Shown here: one piece after another, positions 28,785 to 38,399 of the stretch | How the letters are laid out: the number at the start of each line of letters is the position of its first letter | Position numbering within the stretch: the stretch's first letter is position 1 | DNA from: an uncultured Thermotogae bacterium | GTDB taxonomy: Bacteria; Bipolaricaulota; Bipolaricaulia; CAYUCE01 | Direction: 5' to 3' | Assembly (NCBI GenBank): GCA_964443275.1 | Contig: CAYUCE010000006.1 | Coordinates: forward strand, 1-51,523 | Length of the DNA: 51,523 nucleotides | Made by a program: the position numbers and the translations under genes | Notes under the pieces: model-generated | Databases searched by the model: none | Told to the model about the DNA's origin: nothing | Seen by the model: the letters and a program-made list of their open reading frames with translations, nothing else

Positions 28785-30560
28785 CTATTTCCCCCCTTCG
28801 TTTTTAATTTGGATACCCAATTCGTCTAACTGCTCTTTCCTTACTTCCATAGGAGCGCCGGTTAAAGGGGAACTTCCCATGCTGGTCTTGGGAAAAGCGA
28901 TGACTTCTCTTATCGATTTTTCACCGGCCATCAACATGATTAGCCGATCCAGGCCCAAAGCTATTCCCCCATGTGGAGGTGCCCCGTATTCCAAAGCCCG
29001 CAACAGGTGGCCAAATTTTTCTTCCGCTTCTTTGCTGGGTATATCCAAAAGCTTAAAGATTTTCTCCTGCAATTTTCTTTGGTGAATTCTGATACTTCCC
29101 CCGCCCAGTTCAACTCCGTTTAAAACCAGATCGTAAGCGTTACTTTTTACCTTCTGTGGTTGACTGTCCAGCAGTTTGATATCTTCTTCTCTGGGAGCAG
29201 TAAAGGGATGATGTTCACTTTTTAGCTTCTTTTCTTGTTCATCGTATTTAAAGAGAGGAAAATCGGTTATCCAAATGAATTGCCATTTGTCATTTAGAAA
29301 GTTTTCTTCTTCGGCGATCTTAAGTCTTAATTTTCCTAAGACCGGATTTACGGTTTCTTTTTGACCTGCCAAAAACAAAAGAAGGTCGCCCTTTTCACAT
29401 ATCAGTTCCCTTTTTAACTCTTGCTGGATATCTTTGGATAGGTGCTTGGCGAAGGGAGATTCTAGCCCATCTTGGCCCACTTTAGCCCAAAGCAGCCCTT
29501 TGGCTCCCTGTTCTTTTGCTTGAGATTCCAGATCATCTATCTGGTTCCGGGAATACCTCCCGCAACCTTTAGCGTTCAATCCTTTTACCACCCCACCGGA
29601 TTTAATGCATCGGGAGAAGATTTTAAACTCGGAATTTGCCACTATCGGGGTTAGATCAGTAAGTGGCAAATCAACCCTTAAGTCAGGTCGATCTGTGCCA
29701 TACTTATCAATTGCTTCTTGGTGGGTTATTCTGGAAAATGGTATGGTGATATTTATCTCGAAGATTCGTTCAAATACCTGTTTCATCATCCTTTCTATTA
29801 CTGCCATTATTTTCCCTGGCTGGTTGACAAATGACATTTCTAAATCCAGTTGTGTAAATTCAGGTTGACGGTCCTTTCTTAAATCTTCATCTCGAAAACA
29901 TCTTGCAATTTGATAGTACTTTTCAAAACCGGACATCATTAATATCTGCTTAAACTGCTGGGGGGATTGAGGCAGGGCATAGAACTTACCGGGATAGGTT
30001 CTGGACGGTATTAGAAAGTCGCGTGCTCCCTCGGGAGTGCTTTTGGTAAGTATAGGAGTCTCTATATCCACAAAACCCTCTTTATCTAAAAAGTTCCTCA
30101 TCAGGGAGAAAACCCGGTGCCTAATCTTTAGATTCTCTTGCATTTTAGGCCTTCTTAAGTCTATATATCTAAATTCGAGGCGGGTGGATTCTCCAGTTTC
30201 AGTTTCTGTGTTGGTTAGTGAGAAGGGAGGGGTCTTGGATTTATTGAGAATATCTAGCTTTTGGACCTCGACTTCGATCTTGCCGGTGGGTAAATTTGGA
30301 TTAATATTTTCTGGCCCCCTTTCAACAACTTTTCCTTTAATCAAAATTACATCTTCTCTTCCTAGCTCCTGAGCTTGGTGGAAAACTTGCCTTTTGGAAG
30401 GGTCAAACTTTAGTTGAATTAAACCTGACCAGTCCCTTAAATCGATGAATAATAAGCCTCCTAAGTTCCTTGTATTATGAACCCATCCCGCTAGATGGAC
30501 TTTTTCCCCTATGTCTTCACTAGTCAGTTTTCCACACTGGATTCGGTTTATTCCTTTCAT
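28785..30560 (-). CDS. aspS: aspartate--tRNA ligase
   Basis: FIDLRD, TPEGARDF, LPQSPQ, FRDEDLR, GAD domain, GAPPHGG. Confidence 0.97.
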   Translation of the reverse strand: MKGINRIQCGKLTSEDIGEKVHLAGWVHNTRNLGGLLFIDLRDWSGLIQLKFDPSKRQVFHQAQELGREDVILIKGKVVERGPENINPNLPTGKIEVEVQKLDILNKSKTPPFSLTNTETETGESTRLEFRYIDLRRPKMQENLKIRHRVFSLMRNFLDKEGFVDIETPILTKSTPEGARDFLIPSRTYPGKFYALPQSPQQFKQILMMSGFEKYYQIARCFRDEDLRKDRQPEFTQLDLEMSFVNQPGKIMAVIERMMKQVFERIFEINITIPFSRITHQEAIDKYGTDRPDLRVDLPLTDLTPIVANSEFKIFSRCIKSGGVVKGLNAKGCGRYSRNQIDDLESQAKEQGAKGLLWAKVGQDGLESPFAKHLSKDIQQELKRELICEKGDLLLFLAGQKETVNPVLGKLRLKIAEEENFLNDKWQFIWITDFPLFKYDEQEKKLKSEHHPFTAPREEDIKLLDSQPQKVKSNAYDLVLNGVELGGGSIRIHQRKLQEKIFKLLDIPSKEAEEKFGHLLRALEYGAPPHGGIALGLDRLIMLMAGEKSIREVIAFPKTSMGSSPLTGAPMEVRKEQLDELGIQIKNEGGK

Positions 30561-30668
30561 AAAAAGCCTCCACTTTCCAAGTTGTTAAAAGTACCATTTT
30601 CATCCGTATTTTTCAAAAAACTTACCGTAATGTCAATCGAGCGAGCCCGCCTAACCTGGAGGTGATTT

Positions 30669-31673
30669 CTAAAAGGTAATCCCCACTTTATAGAAAGTGT
30701 ATATAACGAATCCAAAAGTTCCCAGAATTATCCAGGTAAGTATATCCGTCCCCCATAGCTTCTTGGGTTGCTTAGTTATCACTCCTATAGAAAGGAGACT
30801 GAGCATCAGCATGCTGAAAGTAATGCCGTATAGTTGAGACATGGTTTCTACGGAATTATAGATATCGCCCGCGAAAAATAGATCGGCAAAGAAGATAATA
30901 GAGACGTTAAACAAGTTGGATCCGAAAACATCCCCAATAGCTAGATCGTATGCTCGCATACGTACGGCGGCAAAGACGGTAACCAATTCAGGAAGTGAAG
31001 TGGATAAAGCTACAAATATATTGCCCATAAAGCTTTGGCTGATGGGAAAGACTGCTACCAGCTCCTTGGCCGCCCAAGCCAAAGTAATTCCGCTAATAAG
31101 AATTAAAAATACCATAAGTGAGAAGTTTAGGTAAGTCCTTCTCGGTTCGACTGATTCTTCACCTGGTTCCTTCTCACCTGGGGACATAGTTTGGGCTAAT
31201 TTTTCATTTTTAAAAATTGTTACTTGGGAAAGAATATAGATGAAAAGTACTATTATACTAATAGGGGCTAAGGTAAGTATTCTTGGTTGCTTACCAATAA
31301 ATAAACCTAACATTACCAGGTTGGTAATTAGAAAGATGAAGATTACGGTCAACATATGGAAGGTACGGGGTTTTCTAAGAGCCGCAATCTGTCTTACAAA
31401 GATCAAATCGGCAAAGGCAATTATGGCGATATTAAATATGTTACTTCCGAATATGTTGCCGAAAGCTATGTCCGGAGTTTTTAAAAAGGATGCGGAGGAA
31501 GTGGTCACTATCTCCGGCAGTGAGGTAGCAAGCCCGATGAGTAAAGTTCCTACCCATAGATGTCCCATTCCAGTTAAATATGCGATTCGATCTCCATATT
31601 TAGCTAATTTGACTCCGGCAAACAAAATTACAGCGGAGCTTAACAGATAGGCAACTACCGCCGGTATTACCAT
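30669..31673 (-). CDS. cation:calcium antiporter (CaCA/YrbG family)
   Basis: Two alpha repeats ATSLPE...GSNIFN and STSLPE...GSNLFN. Confidence 0.9.
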   Translation of the reverse strand: MVIPAVVAYLLSSAVILFAGVKLAKYGDRIAYLTGMGHLWVGTLLIGLATSLPEIVTTSSASFLKTPDIAFGNIFGSNIFNIAIIAFADLIFVRQIAALRKPRTFHMLTVIFIFLITNLVMLGLFIGKQPRILTLAPISIIVLFIYILSQVTIFKNEKLAQTMSPGEKEPGEESVEPRRTYLNFSLMVFLILISGITLAWAAKELVAVFPISQSFMGNIFVALSTSLPELVTVFAAVRMRAYDLAIGDVFGSNLFNVSIIFFADLFFAGDIYNSVETMSQLYGITFSMLMLSLLSIGVITKQPKKLWGTDILTWIILGTFGFVIYTFYKVGITF

Positions 31674-31943
31674 CGTTCTAACCTTCCTTTAATTAATTTT
31701 CCCGCTAATTATATCAAATGACCGGACAGTTTTTAATTAAACCACCCAATCCCGCTGATCGTTAAAATCGATGAGTTTACGAGCTCCCGGTTGCCCACGA
31801 AGCCTTAAACCATTATCCTACACTTCTAGGTAGGGAATCTTTGTTTTAAGGTTTGCTTAACCATACATTAATATTCGGCGCTTCTGAAACCGGCAATTCT
31901 TTCTCTAGTTTAATATAGTTTTTAAATAGAATGGGTGTTCACA

Positions 31944-32381
31944 ATGAAAGCGGTGGTACAAAGAGTTGCTCAGGCCTCGGTTACTACAGAGGGACAGCTT
32001 AAGGGCCAGATCGATAAGGGTCTATTGATCCTGGTTGGAATTGGCCAAAAAGACCAGGACAAAGATGCTAGTTACTTAGCGAACAAGATCGTTGCCTTGC
32101 GAGTATTCGAAGACCATGAGGGTAAATTAAATAAATCATTAAAAGAGGTAAACGGTGATATTTTGGCCGTTCCCAACTTTACCCTTTACGGGGATTGCTC
32201 TAAGGGGAGGCGACCCAGCTTTGCAAAGGCCGCCTGCCCCAAGAAAGCGTCCTATTTATTTAACGAGTTCGTAAACCAGCTAAAGCAAAGTGGATTAAGA
32301 GTAGAAACCGGGGCGTTCGGAAAATACATGGACGTAAAGTTAACTAATGACGGCCCGGTTACTTTTGTCTTAGAAAGCTGA
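31944..32381 (+). CDS. dtd: D-aminoacyl-tRNA deacylase
   Basis: MKAVVQRV, NFTL, GRRPSF, NDGPVT. Confidence 0.95.
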   Translation: MKAVVQRVAQASVTTEGQLKGQIDKGLLILVGIGQKDQDKDASYLANKIVALRVFEDHEGKLNKSLKEVNGDILAVPNFTLYGDCSKGRRPSFAKAACPKKASYLFNEFVNQLKQSGLRVETGAFGKYMDVKLTNDGPVTFVLES

Positions 32382-32382
32382 T

Positions 32383-33309
32383 TTAGGTTATTTTTTTAAG
32401 TAGCCTTTCCCAATTTCTATCCACTTCTTCCTGAATTTCGTCTATGACATGCTTGTTTTGCTCCGTAAATAGGTGGGCAAACCTTCGCTGCGGTTTTAGC
32501 CACTCGGTGATTGGCTTTTTCTCTTTTGGCTCGTAATTTATTTTATATTCGCCATCTTCAACTTCATAGAGGGGCCAGTAGCAGGTATCCACACCTATCT
32601 GGGCAGTCTTTATGGCATCCTTTGGTGGTATTCGCCAGCCTAACTGGCAGGTGGCGAGCACATTGATAAAAGCCGGCCCTTCCACTTCCACCGCTTTTTC
32701 CGTCTTATTGGAGAGGTCTATCAATTTGGAAACTGAAGCTTGCGCCGCGTAGGGAATGTCGTGAGCCGCTACAATTTCGGTTAAGTTCTTTCTTGGCTGA
32801 GGCTTTCCGTAGCTTACCTTTCCCTTTGGGGAAGTGGTGGCGCTTGCCCCCTTTGGAGTGGCAGATGAGCGTTGTATACCGGTGTTCATGTAGGCTTCGT
32901 TGTTTAAGCAAACGTATAAGAAGTCGTGCCCTCTCTCCAAAGCGCCCGAAAGTGATTGCAGACCGATGTCGTAGGTCCCCCCATCACCCGCAAAGGCCAC
33001 AAATTTTATTCTTTTATCTATCTTTCCTCGCCTTTTCAGCGAGCGGTAAGCAGCTTCTATACCGCTTATGGTGGCGGCTGCGTTCTCGAAAGCATTGTGA
33101 ACCCAGGGTATGTTCCAGGCGCTGGTTGGATACCTAGAGGTGGCTACTTCCAGGCAGCCGGTGGCATTAGATGCCACCACCGGGTAATCTATGGAGTTAA
33201 GGATAGCCCGAACAGCAACTGGAATTCCACAACCAGCACATAATGAATGACCCCTATCAAACTTAACTTGTTTTTGTTCTCTAGCTGCTAGTGTCTTATA
33301 ACTTGACAT
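32383..33309 (-). CDS. porB: pyruvate/2-ketoacid:ferredoxin oxidoreductase beta subunit
   Basis: CAGCG, ATGCLEV, GDGGTYDIG, NEAYMNTG. Confidence 0.92.
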   Translation of the reverse strand: MSSYKTLAAREQKQVKFDRGHSLCAGCGIPVAVRAILNSIDYPVVASNATGCLEVATSRYPTSAWNIPWVHNAFENAAATISGIEAAYRSLKRRGKIDKRIKFVAFAGDGGTYDIGLQSLSGALERGHDFLYVCLNNEAYMNTGIQRSSATPKGASATTSPKGKVSYGKPQPRKNLTEIVAAHDIPYAAQASVSKLIDLSNKTEKAVEVEGPAFINVLATCQLGWRIPPKDAIKTAQIGVDTCYWPLYEVEDGEYKINYEPKEKKPITEWLKPQRRFAHLFTEQNKHVIDEIQEEVDRNWERLLKKIT

Positions 33310-33320
33310 GTATATCCTCC

Positions 33321-34484
33321 TTACTCCCTAACTCCGACGTATCTGGTTTCCTGATTCATATCCTCCAGTTCTGTTAATATACCCTTGATTTGCTCCACAT
33401 TAATGTCTCTTCCTCCCAAGCCGTATATAAAGTTGTTAAATCTCGGTCTCTTGGCCAGTCCTGAGAAGCAAGAGGTTATATCTGAGTACAGTGCACCTTT
33501 TGCGCCGAAGGAAATTGCTCTATCTAATATCCCTAAGCTTTTCAGATGACTAGTAGCTTCCAGGATTTCTTCGCCCGGGAAAGGCCGGTACAAGCGGACC
33601 TTTAGTAAGCCTACTTTCTTTCCCTCATCCCGCAGTTCATCTACAGCTACCTTTGCGGTTCCAGCAGTGGAGCCGAGTATAGCTACCCCGTATTCAGCAT
33701 CATCCAGCTTATAAGGTTCGAAGTATCCCTCATAATTTCTGCCCGAAAGCTTCGAATAATCCCTTTGAACGTTTAAGAATACTTCTCCTACGTTAGCCAT
33801 GGCGTCTACTTGCTGGCGCTTGTGTTCAAAGTAGTAATCCGGCATATCAAATGGTCCTTGGGTAGTGGGATTATCCACGTCCAGAAGTGGGTATTTAGGC
33901 ACGTACTCGCCGACAAAATCTTTTACCGCCTGGTCTTCAAGGTAGGTTGCTACCTGAGCGGTATGGGTGAGGGTAAATCCGTCCAGGCAAACCATACCCG
34001 GAAGTAGCACGTCTTTATCTTCAGCTATCTTTTGGGACATGATCATGTAATCATAAGCTTCCTGTGCATCTTCGCAGTAAATTTGGAAAACACCCGAATC
34101 TCGGGCCAGCATGGAATCCGAATGATCGCAGTGAATATTAATTGGTGCTGATAAAGCCCGATTACAAAGGGCCATTACAATAGGGCAGCGCATAGAACTG
34201 GCTATGTAAACAATTTCCACCATAAGTGCTAACCCTTGAGAAGCGGTAGCAGTAATAGTTCTGCCTCCGGCTACTGAGGATCCTACACAGGCACTCATAG
34301 CGCTGTGTTCGGATTCCACGGTCACTATTTCAGTGTCCACTTCCCCGTCAGCGACGTATTGAGCAAAGTATTGAGCGATCTCAGATTGGGGGGTAATAGG
34401 ATATACCGCAACCACGTCCGGAGAAACCTGCCGCATGGCATTTGCCACCGCTTGGTGTCCGGTTACTACCTCTCTTTCTGTCAC
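33321..34484 (-). CDS. porA: pyruvate/2-ketoacid:ferredoxin oxidoreductase alpha subunit
   Basis: YPITPQ, ESEHSA, TASQGL, YGLGGRD. Confidence 0.92.
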   Translation of the reverse strand: MTEREVVTGHQAVANAMRQVSPDVVAVYPITPQSEIAQYFAQYVADGEVDTEIVTVESEHSAMSACVGSSVAGGRTITATASQGLALMVEIVYIASSMRCPIVMALCNRALSAPINIHCDHSDSMLARDSGVFQIYCEDAQEAYDYMIMSQKIAEDKDVLLPGMVCLDGFTLTHTAQVATYLEDQAVKDFVGEYVPKYPLLDVDNPTTQGPFDMPDYYFEHKRQQVDAMANVGEVFLNVQRDYSKLSGRNYEGYFEPYKLDDAEYGVAILGSTAGTAKVAVDELRDEGKKVGLLKVRLYRPFPGEEILEATSHLKSLGILDRAISFGAKGALYSDITSCFSGLAKRPRFNNFIYGLGGRDINVEQIKGILTELEDMNQETRYVGVRE

Positions 34485-34780
34485 GACTGGCCTCCTTCGG
34501 ATTCAGGCACCATAGTTATGGCATCTACGGGACATATTTCCGCGCATATTCCACAACCTTTACAGAAGTCCAAGTCATACCCGGTCATTTCTTCTCCTTC
34601 TATTGTTACCGCCCTATCTGGACAGTAAGCCCAACATTGTAGGCAGTTTATGCAAGTATCGTGGTCCACAATTGGCTTTTCTGTTCTCCAATCCCCAGTT
34701 TTGTTTAATTCAGGGGTAGAACCTCCGGGAATTACTCCGGCCATCGGGATTGAATCGTATTTCTTTAATTCAACTTTCAT
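34481..34780 (-). CDS. porD: oxidoreductase delta subunit (2x[4Fe-4S])
   Basis: TGDWR, CINCLQCWAYCP, CKGCGICAEICP. Confidence 0.92.
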   Translation of the reverse strand: MKVELKKYDSIPMAGVIPGGSTPELNKTGDWRTEKPIVDHDTCINCLQCWAYCPDRAVTIEGEEMTGYDLDFCKGCGICAEICPVDAITMVPESEGGQS

Positions 34781-34813
34781 TTAATTCTCCTTTCCGTTTG
34801 TGTCCATATAAGT

Positions 34814-35377
34814 TTAACTAGCTCCATCTACACGCTTATAACCCTCTACCAAAGCGTTTATGTTTTTGTCCACTATGTCCGAGGTAAGCTTCTTGGACAG
34901 TGTCTTCTTAATTTCCTTTTTTACCAGTTCGATATCCGATCCCAATAATTTAGTTAAGGCTCCCAACATAGGTATATTGGCAAAGCCGGTACCCGCCTCT
35001 CGGGCAATTTTATCCGCATCTATAGTTATCACCTTTGCTTTATCCCCTATCATTTCTTGAATTTTGGGGGGTGCTTCGGATGAGTTTACAAGTAATATGC
35101 CTTCTTCTGATAATCCTTCCGTGGGGTTTTCAGACTCAATCAATGTGCTGTCGATAACTACAACTATATCTGGCTTGTAGACGCCGGAATGGACCTCTAT
35201 CTTTGAGTCCGAGATCCTATTGTAAGCCTTTATCGGTGCCCCGGAGCGCTCTGGGCCATATTCTGGAAAGGCTTGCACAAATTTGCCTTCCCCCAGGTTT
35301 ATATTAGCTAGAAGCTGAGAGACAGTTTTTGCACCTTGTCCTCCCCTTCCATGCCATCTAATCTCACGCATTTTCAA
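34814..35377 (-). CDS. porC: oxidoreductase gamma subunit
   Basis: HGRGGQGA, YGPERSGAP, NIPMLGA. Confidence 0.92.
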   Translation of the reverse strand: MKMREIRWHGRGGQGAKTVSQLLANINLGEGKFVQAFPEYGPERSGAPIKAYNRISDSKIEVHSGVYKPDIVVVIDSTLIESENPTEGLSEEGILLVNSSEAPPKIQEMIGDKAKVITIDADKIAREAGTGFANIPMLGALTKLLGSDIELVKKEIKKTLSKKLTSDIVDKNINALVEGYKRVDGAS

Positions 35378-35639
35378 CCTCCTCTCACTCGGAATCTAGT
35401 TTATCAAATCAAAAACCAACTGAATTTACAAGCTTTGGTAGAGGTAAGAAAGTGTTTGAAATCCCAAGACAACAGGATTTTATTAATTGACCGGCTTTTA
35501 TTCCATGATTTGTATCACCTGATCTGTAAAGGGTTTGTGTCGATATAATCCCCGCTTTAATTTTGGTAGGTATAAGTTTTTATACTTTAAGTGATTTTTG
35601 AGTCCGCCAATTAATTTGGTAGAATATCGCCAGCTAAAA

Positions 35640-36275
35640 ATGAGAATTTTTAAGGAGCTTTTTTATAAATTTTGTTGCATAGTTCTTTACGGGTTTTTCA
35701 GATTGTTTTTACGGCTTTCAATAAGGGGTAGGCAAAATATCCCTCAAGATAGAAACTTCATATTGATCGCCAGACACAGAAGTTATTGGGATGTGCCCTT
35801 ACTGGCAGCCGCCTTTGGTATAAAACACAGGATTTACTTTGTTGCCCGAGAGACCCTCATTGAAGAAAATTTTATTATAGGAAATTTAGTCAAGTGGTTT
35901 GCTATACTTATTGATCGGGAAAAATTTAGACACTCCGATTTAAAGATTATCTTGAAATCCCTAAGAGAAGGTAAGATTCTAGGGATTTTCCCCGAAGGTA
36001 CCACTTTGACTACCGATAAGATTTATCGAGGGGTCTTTTTGTTTGCGCAAAGGGCAAAAAAGGAGCTTCTTCCTGTAAATATAGCCAGCCGGGGGCCGTA
36101 TCCTCCTCGAAGTCCTTTTAGACTTCCCAAAATTATCGTCCAGATCGGCTCCCCATTTTGGGTAAAGGACCTTAGGAACCAACTCAAAGAAGGGGAATTT
36201 GATCAGGAAAAAAAATATGAGCAAATGGGCAAGCTTTTGTTGGAAAGAATAGATAACCCTACAGGGACAGAATAA
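35640..36275 (+). CDS. plsC: 1-acyl-sn-glycerol-3-phosphate acyltransferase family
   Basis: HRSYWD and FPEGT motifs; start uncertain. Confidence 0.8.
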   Translation: MRIFKELFYKFCCIVLYGFFRLFLRLSIRGRQNIPQDRNFILIARHRSYWDVPLLAAAFGIKHRIYFVARETLIEENFIIGNLVKWFAILIDREKFRHSDLKIILKSLREGKILGIFPEGTTLTTDKIYRGVFLFAQRAKKELLPVNIASRGPYPPRSPFRLPKIIVQIGSPFWVKDLRNQLKEGEFDQEKKYEQMGKLLLERIDNPTGTE

Positions 36276-36420
36276 ACTAGGAAAGTTACAAAGAGGGAAA
36301 CGAGCTTGCGACTGAGGCAAGTTATTAACGGACCTTGAAGAAAGAAACAGGAAGATGCAATTCGGTTGGTTGATCGATTAAGTATATGTCGGTAAAATTT
36401 TATCGTAAATACAGGTTCCA

Positions 36421-36969
36421 ATGCGCAAAAAGATAGAAGCTACTACTATATTGGCTATTAGATCATCAAAAGAGCACCGGGCGGTAATTGCCAGTGACGG
36501 CCAAGCTACTATGGAAAACACCATCGTTAAAAGCAAAGCCAAGAAGGTAAGAAAGATTTATAACGGACAGGTTCTGGTAGGTTTTGCCGGTGCTACTGCC
36601 GATGCAATAACCCTATTTGAACGGTTTGAGGGTAAATTAAAGGAGTATAACGGGAATTTAAAAAGAGCGGCGGTAGAACTTACCAAGGATTGGCGTACAG
36701 ATAAAGTATTGAGAAGATTAGAAGCACTGCTGGCCGTAGTGGATAAGGAATCTTTATTTTTGATATCCGGGGCCGGTGAGGTGATGGCACCGGATGAAGG
36801 TATAATTGCCTTAGGTTCCGGAGGGGCCTATGCCCAGTCTGCAGCCAAGGCGCTGATTGAGGAAACCGACTTGCCCATTGACAAAATAGCTAGAAAAGCT
36901 ATGGAGATTTCCGCATCGATTGATATATACACAAATAATAATATTACTATCAAGGAGTTAGAGTGGTGA
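36421..36969 (+). CDS. hslV: HslV protease subunit
   Basis: TTIL N-terminal Thr after a short propeptide, DGQ, GFAG, GSGG. Confidence 0.96.
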   Translation: MRKKIEATTILAIRSSKEHRAVIASDGQATMENTIVKSKAKKVRKIYNGQVLVGFAGATADAITLFERFEGKLKEYNGNLKRAAVELTKDWRTDKVLRRLEALLAVVDKESLFLISGAGEVMAPDEGIIALGSGGAYAQSAAKALIEETDLPIDKIARKAMEISASIDIYTNNNITIKELEW

Positions 36970-38351
36970 ATATGCATGAGATTGTAGAAGTAGAGCCAGA
37001 GCCAAAGGATGGGCAAAGATTGGATGATCTAAGCCCTCAGAAAATAGTTCATATATTAAGTGAGTATATAGTGGGTCAAAGTGATGCCAAAAAAGCTGTA
37101 GCCATTGCCTTAAGGAATAGAATAAGAAGGCAGAAGGTAACCAGCGAGATCAGAAGGGATATTCAACCCAAAAATATCCTGATGATCGGACCTACTGGAG
37201 TGGGAAAGACCGAAATATCAAGAAGATTAGCTGAGCTTACCAACTGCCCATTTGTCAAAGTGGAGGCCTCAAAATTCACCGAAGTAGGATATGTGGGTAG
37301 GGACGTAGAATCAATGATCAGGGACTTAGTGGATACCGGCGTCAATATGGTGCGCCAGGAGGAGATCAAACGGGTTGAAGATGAGGCGGAAGAGCTGGTA
37401 GAGGAAAGGATACTGGAGGCTTTAATACCCTCCTCAGATGGGGTAAGCGAGGAGAGGGAGAAGAGCCTGCGGCGTACTCGCCGTAAATTTAGGCAGAAAT
37501 TAGCCGGCGGGCAGCTAGAAGACCGCTATATAGAGGTTCAGGTAAAGGAATCCCCCATGTCTCAGATCAATGTACAAGAGGGAATGGATCAGATGGTCAT
37601 CGATATGAGCGATATGTTATCGGATATCATGCCCAGTGCGCCCACTACCAAAAGGGTTAAGATAAAAGATGCCCGTAACATCCTGTTCAATCAAGAGGCG
37701 GAGAAATTAATCAATCAGGAAGAGATAAAGCAAAAAGGCCTTGAACGGACGGCAGAGACGGGGATAATCTTTATCGACGAAATAGATAAAATCGCCGCCG
37801 GTGGCCGGGATGAGCGAGGAGGACCGGGGGTATCGAGGCAAGGTGTACAACGAGATATTTTGCCCCTGCTTGAAGGTTCAACCGTGCGCACCCGATACGG
37901 AAACTTAAATACCGAAAATATACTTTTTATTGCCGCCGGGGCTTTTAATATGTCCAAGCCTTCGGATTTAATTCCCGAACTTCAGGGCAGGCTTCCCATC
38001 AGGGTGGAACTGAACAATCTTACCCAGGAGGATTTTGAGCGCATCCTGCGGGAGCCAAAGGATGCCTTGATCAAGCAATATCAGGCCTTAATGGACGTTG
38101 AAAATCTGGACCTTAAATTTGACCAGGGGGCTATCCAGGAGGTAGCAAAAATTGCTTATCAACTCAATGAATCGATGGAAAATATAGGGGCCAGGCGCCT
38201 GCAGACAGTTATGGAAAAATTGATGGAAGAGATATCCTTTGACGTGGTAGATTTAGAAGCTAGGGAAGCCACCATCATAACTGCTGATTATGTGAAAGAG
38301 AGGCTAAAAGATATAGCCGAAGATCGTGACTTAAGCCGCTATATTCTGTAG
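36963..38351 (+). CDS. hslU: HslU ATPase subunit
   Basis: GPTGVGKTE, GYVGRDVE, ENIGARRL, C-terminal LSRYIL. Confidence 0.97.
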   Translation: MVNMHEIVEVEPEPKDGQRLDDLSPQKIVHILSEYIVGQSDAKKAVAIALRNRIRRQKVTSEIRRDIQPKNILMIGPTGVGKTEISRRLAELTNCPFVKVEASKFTEVGYVGRDVESMIRDLVDTGVNMVRQEEIKRVEDEAEELVEERILEALIPSSDGVSEEREKSLRRTRRKFRQKLAGGQLEDRYIEVQVKESPMSQINVQEGMDQMVIDMSDMLSDIMPSAPTTKRVKIKDARNILFNQEAEKLINQEEIKQKGLERTAETGIIFIDEIDKIAAGGRDERGGPGVSRQGVQRDILPLLEGSTVRTRYGNLNTENILFIAAGAFNMSKPSDLIPELQGRLPIRVELNNLTQEDFERILREPKDALIKQYQALMDVENLDLKFDQGAIQEVAKIAYQLNESMENIGARRLQTVMEKLMEEISFDVVDLEAREATIITADYVKERLKDIAEDRDLSRYIL

Positions 38352-38399
38352 GCTTTTATCCAAAAATTACTTCTAAGCTTAAAAAATAAAGGAGCATTT

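Noticed and set aside
28770-28800. Programmed frameshift fusing AspRS to the small wHTH ORF at GGGGGGAAA
   Set aside because: The downstream ORF is in the +1 frame and has its own ATG and SD; no in-frame -1 slippery heptamer.
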